Shown: piece after piece, positions 29,186-39,697 of the stretch
Layout: each line of letters begins with the position of its first letter
Position numbering within the stretch: position 1 is the first letter of the stretch
Notes under the pieces: model-generated
What the model was told of the DNA's origin: nothing
Seen by the model: only the letters and a program-made list of their open reading frames with translations
Databases searched by the model: none
Origin: an uncultured Aeromonadales bacterium
Lineage (GTDB): Bacteria; Pseudomonadota; Gammaproteobacteria; Enterobacterales; Succinivibrionaceae
Direction: 5' to 3'
NCBI GenBank assembly: GCA_902782145.1
Contig: CACZLZ010000008.1
Span: 23,327-87,326 of the forward strand
DNA length: 64,000 bases
Program-made: the position numbers and the translations under genes

Positions 29186-30553
29186 TTGATATTCAAAAGA
29201 AAGGTCTATGACCAACTCCTGGAATGGAAGGAGAAATTCTCCCGAAGATATGCTGTCATGCTGGAAGGCCCCAGACGGGTTGGCAAGTCAACCATTGCCG
29301 AAGAATTCGCCCGGAGACATTTCCGCTCATACATCAGGATCGACTTTGCCGACATAACCCCGGAAAGGATTAAAGCCATTTTCAGCAGTCTGGCGACGCC
29401 GGATCTGCTGTTCCTCCAACTCCAGGCTGACACCGGGATCCAACTGTATCCAGGGGAGTCAGTTATCATATTTGACGAGATCCAGCGGGCACCGCCTGTC
29501 CGTCAGGCCATCAAATACCTGGTGGCTGACGGCAGGTACAGTTACATTGAGACTGGCTCCCTGATAAGCATCCGCCAAAACATCAGGAACATAGTGATCC
29601 CGTCAGAAGAATATTTCATCAGCGTCAACCCCCTTGATTTCGAGGAATTCCTCCTGGCCACCGGCAACCAGGCCTACGGCATTCTCCGGGAGCTTTACCA
29701 CCGCAACAAGCCCGTTGGCAGTCAGACAAACACCAAGCTCATGCGGGATCTGCGCCTTTATATGGCTGTCGGCGGCATGCCCCAGGCCGTAGAGTCCTAC
29801 ATTGGCAAGAACAACTTCGTTGAAATTGACCGGATCAAACGATCAATACTTGACCTGTACGAGCAGGATTTCTACCGCATCGACAAATCCGGGATCCTGG
29901 CGAAAATGTTCACCTCCATCCCCAGCCAGCTTGGCCATAACAAGAAGAGATTCGTGCTGTCCCAGGCCTCCGGGAAACGCACCACAGCAAAAGATCTGGA
30001 AAGGTTTTCCGAACTGGTGGACTCCAAAACCGTCCAGGTCTCCTACGACACAGCCGATCCCGGAATTGCCCTGGGCTCCACGGCAAGACCAGACTCCTAC
30101 AAAGTCTATCTCAGTGACACCGGCCTTTTCACCTCCCTGCTTTTCAGCTCAGCCGATCAGACCAGCAGCCAGATCTATAGCAAACTCCTGAGCGACAAAC
30201 TGAGCGCGAACCTCGGTTACCTCTATGAGAACGCCGCCGCACAGATGATCACTGCCAGCGGCAACAAGCTGTTCCATCACACATGGAAGAAGGAAGGCAG
30301 CACCCATCACCACGAAATCGATTTTCTGATCCAAGCCGGGACCAAGATAGTGCCCATCGAGATCAAATCCTCCAGCATCAACAGCCACAGTTCCATCACA
30401 GCTTTCAGCCTCAAATACCCCGGCAGGATCCTGAGCCAGTACCTGTTCTCCCAAAAAGATGTGAGCCACAGGGAGACACTCCTGTGCAAACCACTGTGGA
30501 TGCTGCCCTTTGTCCTGGAGGAACTGGGACAGGCAGAAATAACTGGCCGGTAA
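29186..30553 (+). CDS. AAA+ ATPase with DUF4143-type C-terminal domain (COG1373-like)
   Basis: Walker A LEGPRRVGKST and Walker B VIIFDEIQ. The C-terminal EIDFLI...IPIEIKSS is a restriction-endonuclease-like motif typical of this family. Start was chosen at TTG 29186, 5 nt after GGAGGG. Confidence 0.75.
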   Translation: MIFKRKVYDQLLEWKEKFSRRYAVMLEGPRRVGKSTIAEEFARRHFRSYIRIDFADITPERIKAIFSSLATPDLLFLQLQADTGIQLYPGESVIIFDEIQRAPPVRQAIKYLVADGRYSYIETGSLISIRQNIRNIVIPSEEYFISVNPLDFEEFLLATGNQAYGILRELYHRNKPVGSQTNTKLMRDLRLYMAVGGMPQAVESYIGKNNFVEIDRIKRSILDLYEQDFYRIDKSGILAKMFTSIPSQLGHNKKRFVLSQASGKRTTAKDLERFSELVDSKTVQVSYDTADPGIALGSTARPDSYKVYLSDTGLFTSLLFSSADQTSSQIYSKLLSDKLSANLGYLYENAAAQMITASGNKLFHHTWKKEGSTHHHEIDFLIQAGTKIVPIEIKSSSINSHSSITAFSLKYPGRILSQYLFSQKDVSHRETLLCKPLWMLPFVLEELGQAEITGR

Positions 30554-30631
30554 AACCCGGATAGAAGAACCGCGGCAGCGGGACACCCCGGAATTTGAAT
30601 ATTTTGTCAGAAGCAGACTGGGTTGCTGAAC

Positions 30632-31924
30632 ATGGCACAGATAGAAGGTTTGAGAATTCAGAACTACAAGGCGCTGAAGGATATAACACTGGGAAAGTTA
30701 TGGAACACTCAGGACAGGCCCCTGACCCGGCTGACCGCGGTGATTGGCCATAACGGCACCGGGAAAAGCTCACTCTTTGATGCCTTTGGTTTTATCGCCG
30801 ACTGCCTGAAAATGGGAGTGGAAGAGGCCTGTGACAACCGGGGAGGCTTTGAAACGATTTACTCCAAAGGGGTGGATTTGGCGGAGGGGATGACTTTTAC
30901 GGTTTCTTACCGGGAGAGTTCTGATGCTGATGACAGCCCCATAACGTATGAGTTTGCCATTAAAGCCGCTGCCGACAGATGGCCTTATGTGGCTTCAGAA
31001 AGGCTGCGGCAAAAAAGGAAGGGATCTACTGAGGGCGACTGTCCTCAGTCATTTATGATCATCAATAACGGCACCGGAGTGGTCTGGAAAGGCGGATCTG
31101 AAGGCAGGCTGAACAATGAAGATGAGGGTTCTGTGTTAAACCTCATTAACCAAATCGAAGCGGGACAAAAGACAGAAGAGACAAATGAAACCGAAGTTGT
31201 GAGGCTGGAAGACAACCGGCACCTTGCGGTTACTACCCTCGGCTCATTAAAACAGCATCCAAGGATCACCGAATTCAGAAAATTTATTGAAAGCTGGTAT
31301 TTAAGTTATTTTACCCCCGACTCTGCCCGTTCGCTGCCGGCTACCGGCTGTCAGAAGCACCTTGACAGTCATGGCGGCAATCTCGCAAATGTGGTTCAGT
31401 ACATGCAAAGGGAGCACGGGAACCAATTTAAGAAGGTGCTAAGCAGGATCTCCGCCAAAATTCCCGGCATAGAAAAGATAGACACCCGGGTAACACCAGA
31501 CGGCAGGCTGCTGCTTGAATTTTATGCAGAGGGATTTGCGGAACCCTTCTTTGCCCAGCAGATGTCGGACGGCACACTGAAATACTTCACCTATCTTCTG
31601 CTTCTGGAAGATCCTGAGCCTCATTCACTGGTCTGCATTGAGGAGCCTGAGAACGGTCTCTACCCCCAGCTGCTGGAAGAACTGGGCCAAGAATTCCGCA
31701 ATTATGCATCAGCCAGAACAGCAGACTCCCAGGTGTTTATCACGACCCATCAGCCCTTTTTGCTTAACGCATTCAATACTGATGAGGTGTGGATCCTGGA
31801 AAAGCAGCCGGACGGCTTTGCCCGCATTTCCCGTGCCAGCAATAATGAACTGGCAAGACAAATGGCAGATGCAGGACTTCCCCTGGGGGAACTGTGGTAC
31901 AGCGATTATCTCAGCGGGAAATGA
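30632..31924 (+). CDS. ABC/SMC-type AAA ATPase (AAA_21/AAA_15-like), partner of the downstream Toprim-like gene
   Basis: IQNYKALKD...VIGHNGTGKSSLFDAF (Walker A), MSDGTLKYFTYLLLL (signature-like), LVCIEEPENGLYPQLL (Walker B) and FITTHQPFLL (H-loop). Confidence 0.8.
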   Translation: MAQIEGLRIQNYKALKDITLGKLWNTQDRPLTRLTAVIGHNGTGKSSLFDAFGFIADCLKMGVEEACDNRGGFETIYSKGVDLAEGMTFTVSYRESSDADDSPITYEFAIKAAADRWPYVASERLRQKRKGSTEGDCPQSFMIINNGTGVVWKGGSEGRLNNEDEGSVLNLINQIEAGQKTEETNETEVVRLEDNRHLAVTTLGSLKQHPRITEFRKFIESWYLSYFTPDSARSLPATGCQKHLDSHGGNLANVVQYMQREHGNQFKKVLSRISAKIPGIEKIDTRVTPDGRLLLEFYAEGFAEPFFAQQMSDGTLKYFTYLLLLEDPEPHSLVCIEEPENGLYPQLLEELGQEFRNYASARTADSQVFITTHQPFLLNAFNTDEVWILEKQPDGFARISRASNNELARQMADAGLPLGELWYSDYLSGK

Positions 31925-32879
31925 ATGCACTTTGAAATCCTGGTTGAGGATCTTTCGGGCAAGATAATGCTTGCCAGCCTGATCCCCATGATCATAGGAG
32001 CTGATCCTGCCAATACCTTCAGGATCATCCATTACCGGGGATGCGGATCCCTGCCATCAGATCTGAAAGTGAGCCAGGCCGCCGACAAACGGGCACTGCT
32101 GAATCAGCTGCCAAGGCTGCTCATTGGCTACAGCCGGGCATTTCAGAATGCGGTCAGTGACAATGCGGTCATTGTCGTATGCGATCTGGACACCCGGGAC
32201 AAAGACACCTTTCTGGCCAGGTTAAATCAGATGCGGGATGAGGCGGCGGCAGCGACGTCCGTTCCCCTGACCGTCCGCTTCTGCCTGGCCATTGAAGAAG
32301 GAGAAGCCTGGCTTCTGGGCGACTGGGAGGCGGTAAAACAGGCTCTTTGCAAAAACAAGTTGGAATTATCCAGGATTATATATTCTAAATATCAAAAACA
32401 TATAGCCATGAATATTTATTTGCTGGAGATCGGATTTAGGTATGTGCCATCATGTCGTCATGCTAACACATTGATTTCTGGGGGCTTTTGACTGTGTGTG
32501 TGCTTACGCAGCTTCTAAAACTGAAGGCTCATTTCGTGTCATAGCCCATGGGGCTGGCCAACATCGTTCCAACTGGAATTTGCAAAGACCCGTAAAACAG
32601 GCATATCCCCAGGCCAAAGCGAGTGTTTTCCGTAAATACCAAAACGATGCCGTCTGCGGCACCTGGGAAATGCTGGCTGACATGATCTGCCCGGGTGGTT
32701 CAGCGAAACTGAAAGCCGAGGGACATAGTTTACTCGGCCAGGCAAAATGCGAATGGGCTGAAAAGATCAGCCCACTCATGGATATTTCCCGCAACAAGTC
32801 CCCAAGTTTCAACGTCTTCAAAAGCGCGCTGGAAAGTCTCCTGCACCTGCCCCATCATGAGCCGGAACATATACCCTGA
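31925..32879 (+). pseudogene. Toprim-like DUF4276-type gene split by a MITE insertion
   Basis: The two ORFs 31925..32491 and 32496..32879 join in frame (...EAVKQ|AYPQAKASV...) once 32341..32599 is removed. Conserved EILVED, CDLDTRD and AIEEGEAWLLGD motifs are present. The ATG directly follows the TGA of the ATPase gene. Confidence 0.7.
32341..32591. mobile_element. 251-bp MITE (non-autonomous element with ISL3-like termini)
   Basis: Left end is GGCTCTTTGCAAAAACAAGTTGGAA. The reverse complement of the right end is GGGTCTTTGCAAATTCCAGTTGGAA, about 21/25 identical. It is flanked by a perfect 8-bp direct repeat GTAAAACA (32333-32340 and 32592-32599). The interior is AT-rich with no ORF. Confidence 0.75.
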
Positions 32880-32969
32880 AACATCCCGGCCGGTGGGCTG
32901 ACATCGAAGCCTGCGCCGGGCTGCCACCAGTAGCCGGCAAAGAGCCATCCAATCTGACAGCCAGCCTGC

Positions 32970-34862
32970 TCAGTCCCGGACCACCGGCGCCCCGGCATCA
33001 GCCAGGATATCCTGACCGTCAGCAGTTTCCCCGCTGCCCTGGGGGACATAGGAGATCTCGCTGTCAATGGGCGGGACGACCGCTGCCGGGGTCACCGCAA
33101 CCTCCGCATTGTCCCGGGCGATCTTGGCACAGGCCTGGGCATCCGCATTCATCCGGGTGATCCCGGAGGCCTTCCGGCTGTCAGCACCGGATCCTGCCAC
33201 ATCGGCAATGACACTGAAGCTGTCCAGGAAACTTCTGAGATCTCCCAGGAAGGCATTGGCCGTGGCCGGATCCCCGTGCATCTCCATCACAAACCTGGCG
33301 CCATCAAGACGGGCAAAGCCCCGGCCCACAAAGGTGGCAGAGATGATCCGGGAGATGATCAGCCACTGGTGGAAACTGGACCGCACCACGGTGTTCTCAG
33401 AACGGTGGGAGTCATACACGCTGCTGCCCACAGTCACTGTGGAGGTGGTGTATGTGCCGTTGTTCTTGTAGTAGATCATCAGGGAGGAGAACTTCAGCTC
33501 GCTGTAGAACAGTCCGGCAGCATCCCACAGCATCTTGGCGGAGATCAGCAACAGCACCAGAGTCAGGGCGGTCCCTGCCAGGGACTGGCCGCTGATGGAG
33601 TCAAAGGCGCCGTTCCAGTTGTGGGTGAAGCCCTGGGCGAAGGCGGCCAGTTTGGAGTAGGTAAGCACCGTGACAATGCCCGCGGCAAGTCCCAGGAGGA
33701 ACTTCACACAGACAAAGGCGGGATGCTGGCCGGAGGGGATGCACTCGGGCTGGGTCTCCTGCACCGTGTAGCCGAAGAACTCGCCCTTGGACTCGGAGGA
33801 ATGGGACTGCAGCCCCGGCACCGACCGGCTGTAGACCCGGTTGGGGGTCTCCCGGAAACGCCGGCCCGCCATGGCCTTGTTGTCAATGGCAGAAAACAGC
33901 TCGTCTGGGTGGACCGACTCCTGCCAGTCCTCGATGCGCTCGGTGACCTCAGTCTTGAGATCATACTCCAGGGTCTTGCACCAGGTCAGGAACAGAATGG
34001 GCAGGGTGATCAGCAGGGGGATCAGGGCAAAGGCCCAGAACCAGCTGATCCAGGGGAAGGCGTTGAACACGTCCACACACTCCCGGAACACCCCGTCAGC
34101 CGGAACGGAGACCAGGGTGAACAGGCCGCCCAGGAAGGCGGGCACCGCCAGGGCATAGGCGATGTTGAGGGTGAAGTAGCGGATCCGGAGATTGTCAGGG
34201 GCGGCCACCCGGTTGCGATCGGCCACAAAGGCCCGGCGCCACAGGAACACCATCCGGGCACCGAAAAACAGTGCGCACAGGTTCACAGCCAGCACCGGGC
34301 TCCCCTGCCCCACCAGGGATGTGTCCACCAGGAACACCAGGGCACCGTACCCGCACAGGAGCACCAGGGTGTTGATGATGGCCGAGACGCACCCCTGGAG
34401 GATGTTGCGGTAAGGGGGCGGCAGGAAGAACATGCTGCGGAACAGGGTGTAGCACAGGCTCTCCACCCAGCACCGGGGCTCTACAAAGGTCTTGTTCATG
34501 CGGGAGTTGAGCATCTCAGCCAGGTCGGCTGCCTTGTAGGTGATGTGCAGCTGGTTCTCCCCGGGGTTCTCCATATCGGTGGCCAGGGACTTGGGATCAT
34601 GGCGTCCCACTGTCAGGGAGAGGCACTTGAGCAGGCCGGCGCCGGAGAAGACAAGACCGTTCAGGGCGATGACCACGCCGAAAAACAGTGAGATCCAGGC
34701 TGCGGGATTCTGTCCGGACTTCACCAGTGACGATATGTCCGTGAGCATTCCCAGTCCCAGGTACAGGGTGTAAAGACCCGCCGCCGCCTGGATCAGCCCC
34801 AGCACCAGCATGGGATTCCGGATCCGCTGGCTCTTGGATCCCAGATCATTTTGTCCGGCCAT
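32970..34862 (-). CDS. polytopic membrane protein, unknown family (630 aa)
   Basis: Long ORF with host-like composition. About 8 hydrophobic segments in two clusters are separated by a soluble region of about 90 aa. The C-terminal soluble domain is about 150 aa. No motif recognised. Confidence 0.65.
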   Translation of the reverse strand: MAGQNDLGSKSQRIRNPMLVLGLIQAAAGLYTLYLGLGMLTDISSLVKSGQNPAAWISLFFGVVIALNGLVFSGAGLLKCLSLTVGRHDPKSLATDMENPGENQLHITYKAADLAEMLNSRMNKTFVEPRCWVESLCYTLFRSMFFLPPPYRNILQGCVSAIINTLVLLCGYGALVFLVDTSLVGQGSPVLAVNLCALFFGARMVFLWRRAFVADRNRVAAPDNLRIRYFTLNIAYALAVPAFLGGLFTLVSVPADGVFRECVDVFNAFPWISWFWAFALIPLLITLPILFLTWCKTLEYDLKTEVTERIEDWQESVHPDELFSAIDNKAMAGRRFRETPNRVYSRSVPGLQSHSSESKGEFFGYTVQETQPECIPSGQHPAFVCVKFLLGLAAGIVTVLTYSKLAAFAQGFTHNWNGAFDSISGQSLAGTALTLVLLLISAKMLWDAAGLFYSELKFSSLMIYYKNNGTYTTSTVTVGSSVYDSHRSENTVVRSSFHQWLIISRIISATFVGRGFARLDGARFVMEMHGDPATANAFLGDLRSFLDSFSVIADVAGSGADSRKASGITRMNADAQACAKIARDNAEVAVTPAAVVPPIDSEISYVPQGSGETADGQDILADAGAPVVRD

Positions 34863-35096
34863 TGTTCAAACCTCTGCCGTCAGTTTCAGTTCATATTTTC
34901 CGTGGGCTGAATTATACCATCAGAGGCCGCAAATCATAGAGCGTCCCGGCGGAGGGGGCCGGAAGGCACGGCCCACCGGGGCGGCAGTCAGATGAAGAAG
35001 TGACAGCAGATGGAGCGGCAGATGGACAGATAAAGTGAATAACGACAGAAGCGGAAAGCGGAAAACTGGCAACCGGGAAAGTCTCCCAGAGGAAAC

Positions 35097-36020
35097 TCAT
35101 TCCCCGCCCCGCTCCAGGGCCTCCTGGAAATAGCCCCGGACCGGATCCAGCTCCCACACCGGCTGCACGCCCCCGGGAAGCCAGAGATCCCCGCCCAGGA
35201 TCCGGGCAGCAACCCCCGGGGCGTGGAAGTCGGAGCCCGCCGATCCCCAAAACCCGTGTTTCACTGCCAGATCCCGGATGAAGATCCGCTCCTGATTGTC
35301 CTGCTGGGGGGAGAACTCAATCCCCAGGCCGCCGCAGCCGGCAAAATGTGCCGCCAGGGCCCGGAGGGTCCGGCCGTGCATGCTTTCATATTTAAAGGGG
35401 TGGGCCAGCACCGGAATGCCTCCGGCGCATTTGACCGCCGCCACCGTGGTCTCCAGGGGGGTGAAGTTAACCTGGAAAAAGGCGCTGCCCGTCTTTCCAA
35501 GGTAACGCTTAAAGGCATCCTGGTTGTCCCGGACCAGCCCCTGCTCCACCAGGAAGTCCGCAAAATGCTTCCGGGTGACAAAAGTGCCCCGGGCCCTGAG
35601 ATCGGCCACCATGGCGTCAAGAAGATCGTGATCAAAGTCCAGCAGCTCACACAGCCGCCCGGCGATGCGATCGGCCTGGGAGTCCCGGATGACGGCATGC
35701 TCCCGGATGATCCCCGCCAGTTCCTGGCAGTCTTCCCTGCAGCCCAGGCCCACCACATGGATCTGGAAGTCGCAGCTGCCAAAGCGCCAGTGGGAGGAGA
35801 TCTCAATGCCCGGGATCACCGTGATCCCCAGTTTCTGTCCCCGGGACACAGCCTCCGCCACCCCGTTCATGTTGTCGTGATCGGTCAGGGCCAGCAGCCG
35901 GAGCCCCCGCCGGGGGGTGGCGGCATACTCCACCAGATCCGCCGGATCCAGCGCCCCGTCGGAGCGGCTGGAATGGCAGTGGAGATCCGCCTTCACAGGA
36001 AAGTCAACGCGCTTTATCAT
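35097..36020 (-). CDS. trpH: PHP-domain phosphoesterase TrpH/YciV (RNase AM-like)
   Basis: [16 protein letters not shown]...[11 protein letters not shown]...GSDFH are the PHP metal-binding motifs. Confidence 0.85.
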   Translation of the reverse strand: MIKRVDFPVKADLHCHSSRSDGALDPADLVEYAATPRRGLRLLALTDHDNMNGVAEAVSRGQKLGITVIPGIEISSHWRFGSCDFQIHVVGLGCREDCQELAGIIREHAVIRDSQADRIAGRLCELLDFDHDLLDAMVADLRARGTFVTRKHFADFLVEQGLVRDNQDAFKRYLGKTGSAFFQVNFTPLETTVAAVKCAGGIPVLAHPFKYESMHGRTLRALAAHFAGCGGLGIEFSPQQDNQERIFIRDLAVKHGFWGSAGSDFHAPGVAARILGGDLWLPGGVQPVWELDPVRGYFQEALERGGE

Positions 36021-36273
36021 GGCCTTCTCCTCACATCAGCGCCCCGGCACCGCACCGGATCCCAAAGGCACCGGCGCCGTCACTGCCCCGTCTCCCGGGG
36101 TGCAAGGGCGGAAGCAAAATACTGTGACAAAACAAACACAATTCATTAAAATACCGCAGGTCACAGACATCAAGCAAACCCACCATCCATTTACCATTAA
36201 ATCTGTCAATTTTATCGGAGGAGATCAGCCCCGGGATCTGCGCGCCGCTTTCCGGGAGGATCACAAAACGCCT

Positions 36274-37692
36274 ATGAAAAAAACCAAGATTGTATGCACC
36301 ATCGGTCCCAAGTCAGAGAAGAAGGAGGTCATGGCCAAGCTCCTGGACGCTGGCATGAACGTGATGCGCCTCAACTTCTCCCATGGTGATTTCTGGGAAC
36401 ACGGCGGCAGAATGATCAACCTCAGGGCCCTGATGGCCGAGACCGGCAAGATCTGCGCCATCCTCCTGGACACCAAGGGACCCGAGATCCGGACCAACGA
36501 CATGAAGGATGACCAGGAGGTCACCCTGGAGGCCGGCCAGGACTTCACCCTGACCGTGGACGGCTCCGTGCTGGGCGACAGCACCCGGGTGTCCGTGACC
36601 TATGCCAACCTCAACAAGGATCTCAAGCCCGGGGACACCGTGCTGCTGGACGACGGCCTCATCGGGCTGACCGTCAAGGCCATTGAGGGCACCGAGATCC
36701 GCTGCCAGGTGCAGAACACCGGCGTCCTGGGCTCCCACAAGGGCGTGAACCTGCCCAACGTGATCACCTCCCTGCCCGCCCTGTCCGAGAAGGACGAGAT
36801 TGATCTCCGCTTCGGCTGCGAGCGCGAGGTGGACTTCATCGCCGCATCTTTCATCCGCAAGAAGGAAGACGTGCTGAACATCCGCAAGTTCCTGGACACC
36901 AACGGCGGCAATGACATCAAGATCATCTCCAAGATCGAGAACCAGGAGGGTCTGAACAACTTCGACGAGATCCTGGAAGTGTCCGACGGCATCATGGTGG
37001 CCCGTGGCGACATGGGCGTGGAGATCCCCTTCCAGGACGTGATCTTCGCCCAGAAGATGATCATCCGCAAGTGCAACAAAGCCGGCAAGTTTGTCATCAC
37101 CGCCACCCAGATGCTGGAGTCCATGCAGAAGAACCCCCGTCCCACCAGAGCTGAGGCCGGCGACGTGGCCAACGCCATCATGGACGGCACCGATGCCGTG
37201 ATGCTTTCCGGCGAGTCCGCCAAGGGCAAGTACCCTGAGGAGGCGGTGAAGACCATGAACACCATCTGCGAGCGGACCGATCCCTATGTCAGGGTGCGCC
37301 TGGACATCGAGGAAAAGAGCGTGGTCAAGAAGCACATCACCGAGGCTGTGTGCCGGGGCGCTGTGAAGACCGCCGAGACCACCGACGCCGCCCTGATCGT
37401 GTGCACCACCCGCCACGGCAACACCGCCCAAAAGGTGCGCAAGTACTTCCCCGAGGCCCCCATCCTGGCCATCACCCCCAATCTGAAGACCGCCAAGCAG
37501 CTCTGCCCGGTGAAGGGTGTGTTCCCCTATGTCATCGATCACGAGTTCAACAACACCGACGAGTTCTTCAAGCTGGGCAAGAAGCTGGCCCTGGATCTGG
37601 GCCTGGCCAAGCCCGGGGACCGCATTGTGACCGTGTCCGGCGCCCTGGTGCCCTCCGGCCACACCAACACCTCTTCAGTGCACGTGCTGTAA
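36274..37692 (+). CDS. pykF: pyruvate kinase
   Basis: [15 protein letters not shown]...[12 protein letters not shown]...MVARGDLGVEIP-type motifs. 472 aa from ATG 36274. The upstream part of ORF 35917.. was discarded. Confidence 0.95.
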   Translation: MKKTKIVCTIGPKSEKKEVMAKLLDAGMNVMRLNFSHGDFWEHGGRMINLRALMAETGKICAILLDTKGPEIRTNDMKDDQEVTLEAGQDFTLTVDGSVLGDSTRVSVTYANLNKDLKPGDTVLLDDGLIGLTVKAIEGTEIRCQVQNTGVLGSHKGVNLPNVITSLPALSEKDEIDLRFGCEREVDFIAASFIRKKEDVLNIRKFLDTNGGNDIKIISKIENQEGLNNFDEILEVSDGIMVARGDMGVEIPFQDVIFAQKMIIRKCNKAGKFVITATQMLESMQKNPRPTRAEAGDVANAIMDGTDAVMLSGESAKGKYPEEAVKTMNTICERTDPYVRVRLDIEEKSVVKKHITEAVCRGAVKTAETTDAALIVCTTRHGNTAQKVRKYFPEAPILAITPNLKTAKQLCPVKGVFPYVIDHEFNNTDEFFKLGKKLALDLGLAKPGDRIVTVSGALVPSGHTNTSSVHVL

Positions 37693-37801
37693 GCCCGGGA
37701 CACTGTCCGGAAGACAGCAGGCACATTCCCGGATATCACCGCCAGGAGGATCCGGGGATCAGAGTGAAGAAAGGCCGCGGGGAAAAGCCCTGCAGCCGCC
37801 G

Positions 37802-37826
37802 GGATCGGTCAGGCCGATCCTTTTTT
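37802..37826 (+). terminator. rho-independent terminator after pyk
   Basis: GGATCGG-tcagg-CCGATCC followed by TTTTTT. Confidence 0.7.
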
Positions 37827-38011
37827 GTGCCCGCCCTTCCGGCGGGCGTCCTTTGTTCAGGATCTTCAGATCCCGCCCATCTCAGCCCCCGCACACCCTG
37901 GATCCGGCACTCCTCTGCATGCGGCCATCCCCTGATCCGGCGCCGTCATCAGCCGTCATTCCCATCGTCATTCCCGACGTCACCCCGTCGTCATTCCAGG
38001 GCGGCAGGGAA

Positions 38012-39505
38012 CTAAAGATCCCGGGCCACAATCCCGTACTTCTTCATCTTCTCCACCAGGGTGGTCCGGCGCATCCCCAGGAGCTCTGCGGCCCGGGCAG
38101 TGACCCCGCCCACCTTGTCCAGTGCCTGGCGGATCATGTTGATCTCCAGATCTGCCAGCATGTCCTTGAGGTTGATCCCGTCATCCGGCAGAACCTGGGC
38201 AAAGGCCCCGGACTCGCTGCTGGCGGCAGCATCCCCGGTGCTCAGGGAGGCCACAGAGGCCTGGGGCTCAGCGTCCGGTGCCGGATCCCCGCCGTCGGCA
38301 AACATGGCAATAATGGCATCCCGCTCCGCCTGGGGTGAGTTCTCCTGGGGCTTGGGTGCCGCCCCGCCGGGACCGTAGCGGTACTTGGCAGGCAGATCCA
38401 CGTCATCCACAATGCAGTTGGGATGCAGGATCATCAGGCGTTCCACCAGGTTGGACAGTTCCCGGACGTTGCCGGGCCAGCTGTGCTGCATCAGGGAAGC
38501 CATGGCCCGCTGGGTGAAGCGGATGTTCACATGGTGCACCAGGGCATGGCGGTTGGTGAGCTCCTGGAGCAGCAGGGGGATGTCATCGGTCCGGTCCCTC
38601 AGGGGCGGGGTCTCAATAGGAAAGACATTCAGCCGGTAATAGAGATCCTCCCGGAACCGGCCGTCAGCGATCATTTCCTCCAGGTGCCGGTGAGTGGCGG
38701 CAATGACCCGGACGTTGACCTTGACTGGCTTGGTGCCGCCCACCCGCTCAAAGCAGCGCTCCTGGAGCACACGGAGCAGCTTCACCTGCATGGGCATGGG
38801 CATGTCCCCGATCTCGTCCAGGAAGATGGTTCCGGACTCAGCCATCTCAAAGCGCCCCTTCCGGGAACTGATGGCTCCGGTGAAGGCGCCCTTCTCATGG
38901 CCGAACAGTTCCGACTCCAGCAGATCCGGCGGTATGGCGCCGCAGTTGATGGGCACAAAGGGTCCCTTGCTCCGGGAGGAGAGCTCATGAACCGATCGGG
39001 CCACCACCTCCTTGCCGGTGCCGGACTCCCCCAGGATCAGCACATTGGCGTCGGTCACCGCCACCTGCTCAATGAGGTGGCGCACCTCCTGGATGGCGCT
39101 GCCCTGCCCCACCAGCAGCCGGAGCAGGGTCTCGCTGCCGCTGCCACCCTTCTTCCGGGGATGCAGGGCATAGAAAGACTGGCAATAGCGCATCTGCTGG
39201 GTGAAGTCGTCCAGTTCAAAGGGCACCCTGACGGAGCCCATCATGTTGGAGTTGCTGTACTCCACATCCAGGTTGATGCCGATGAAGGGGGTTTTGGGAT
39301 AGTCCATCAGAAGCTTGGGCAGGGAGACCGTGGACACATCCCCCACGATGACGGCGGTCATCTCATTGGAGTCCGCCAGATAAGCCAGGCAGTCAGCCTC
39401 GCTGCCGCTCTGCCAGGATATGCCCAGAAAGCCGGCTATAGTCTCGATCTGCGCCCGGCGGGCGGGATCCCCGTCCAGGATCAGCAGGTTGCCGTCAAAA
39501 TCCAT
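38012..39505 (-). CDS. flrA: sigma54-dependent transcriptional activator, flagellar master regulator type (FlrA/FleQ-like)
   Basis: REC-like N-domain. AAA+ sigma54-interaction domain [16 protein letters not shown]...[16 protein letters not shown]-terminal Fis-type HTH. Start at ATG 39505 with GGAGGTG upstream. Confidence 0.85.
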   Translation of the reverse strand: MDFDGNLLILDGDPARRAQIETIAGFLGISWQSGSEADCLAYLADSNEMTAVIVGDVSTVSLPKLLMDYPKTPFIGINLDVEYSNSNMMGSVRVPFELDDFTQQMRYCQSFYALHPRKKGGSGSETLLRLLVGQGSAIQEVRHLIEQVAVTDANVLILGESGTGKEVVARSVHELSSRSKGPFVPINCGAIPPDLLESELFGHEKGAFTGAISSRKGRFEMAESGTIFLDEIGDMPMPMQVKLLRVLQERCFERVGGTKPVKVNVRVIAATHRHLEEMIADGRFREDLYYRLNVFPIETPPLRDRTDDIPLLLQELTNRHALVHHVNIRFTQRAMASLMQHSWPGNVRELSNLVERLMILHPNCIVDDVDLPAKYRYGPGGAAPKPQENSPQAERDAIIAMFADGGDPAPDAEPQASVASLSTGDAAASSESGAFAQVLPDDGINLKDMLADLEINMIRQALDKVGGVTARAAELLGMRRTTLVEKMKKYGIVARDL

Positions 39506-39697
39506 GTCATCCACCTCCCATGATCCAAGAGCCGCGCCTCCCCAAACCGATCCCGCCGGCGGCACCGGCGGGATCCGGGATCATGCTCCCGCTCTCCTGC
39601 CTGCGCCTGCCGGGATCCGGTTTCCGGAGACCTGCACACTGTGCAATTTTAGAGCAGACGCGCCGGCAAAAATTTGATCAGATGGGCAAAAGGCGGT

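Noticed and set aside
35917-36273. Upstream extension of the pyruvate kinase ORF. The same issue applies to 48608..48859 for potF, 52241..52402 for the sulfatase-family gene, 16207..16254 for flgB and 59731..59820 for the kinase.
   Set aside because: Internal starts with an RBS give proteins that match homologue N-termini and lengths. The extensions are Arg/Pro-rich and overlap promoter regions.
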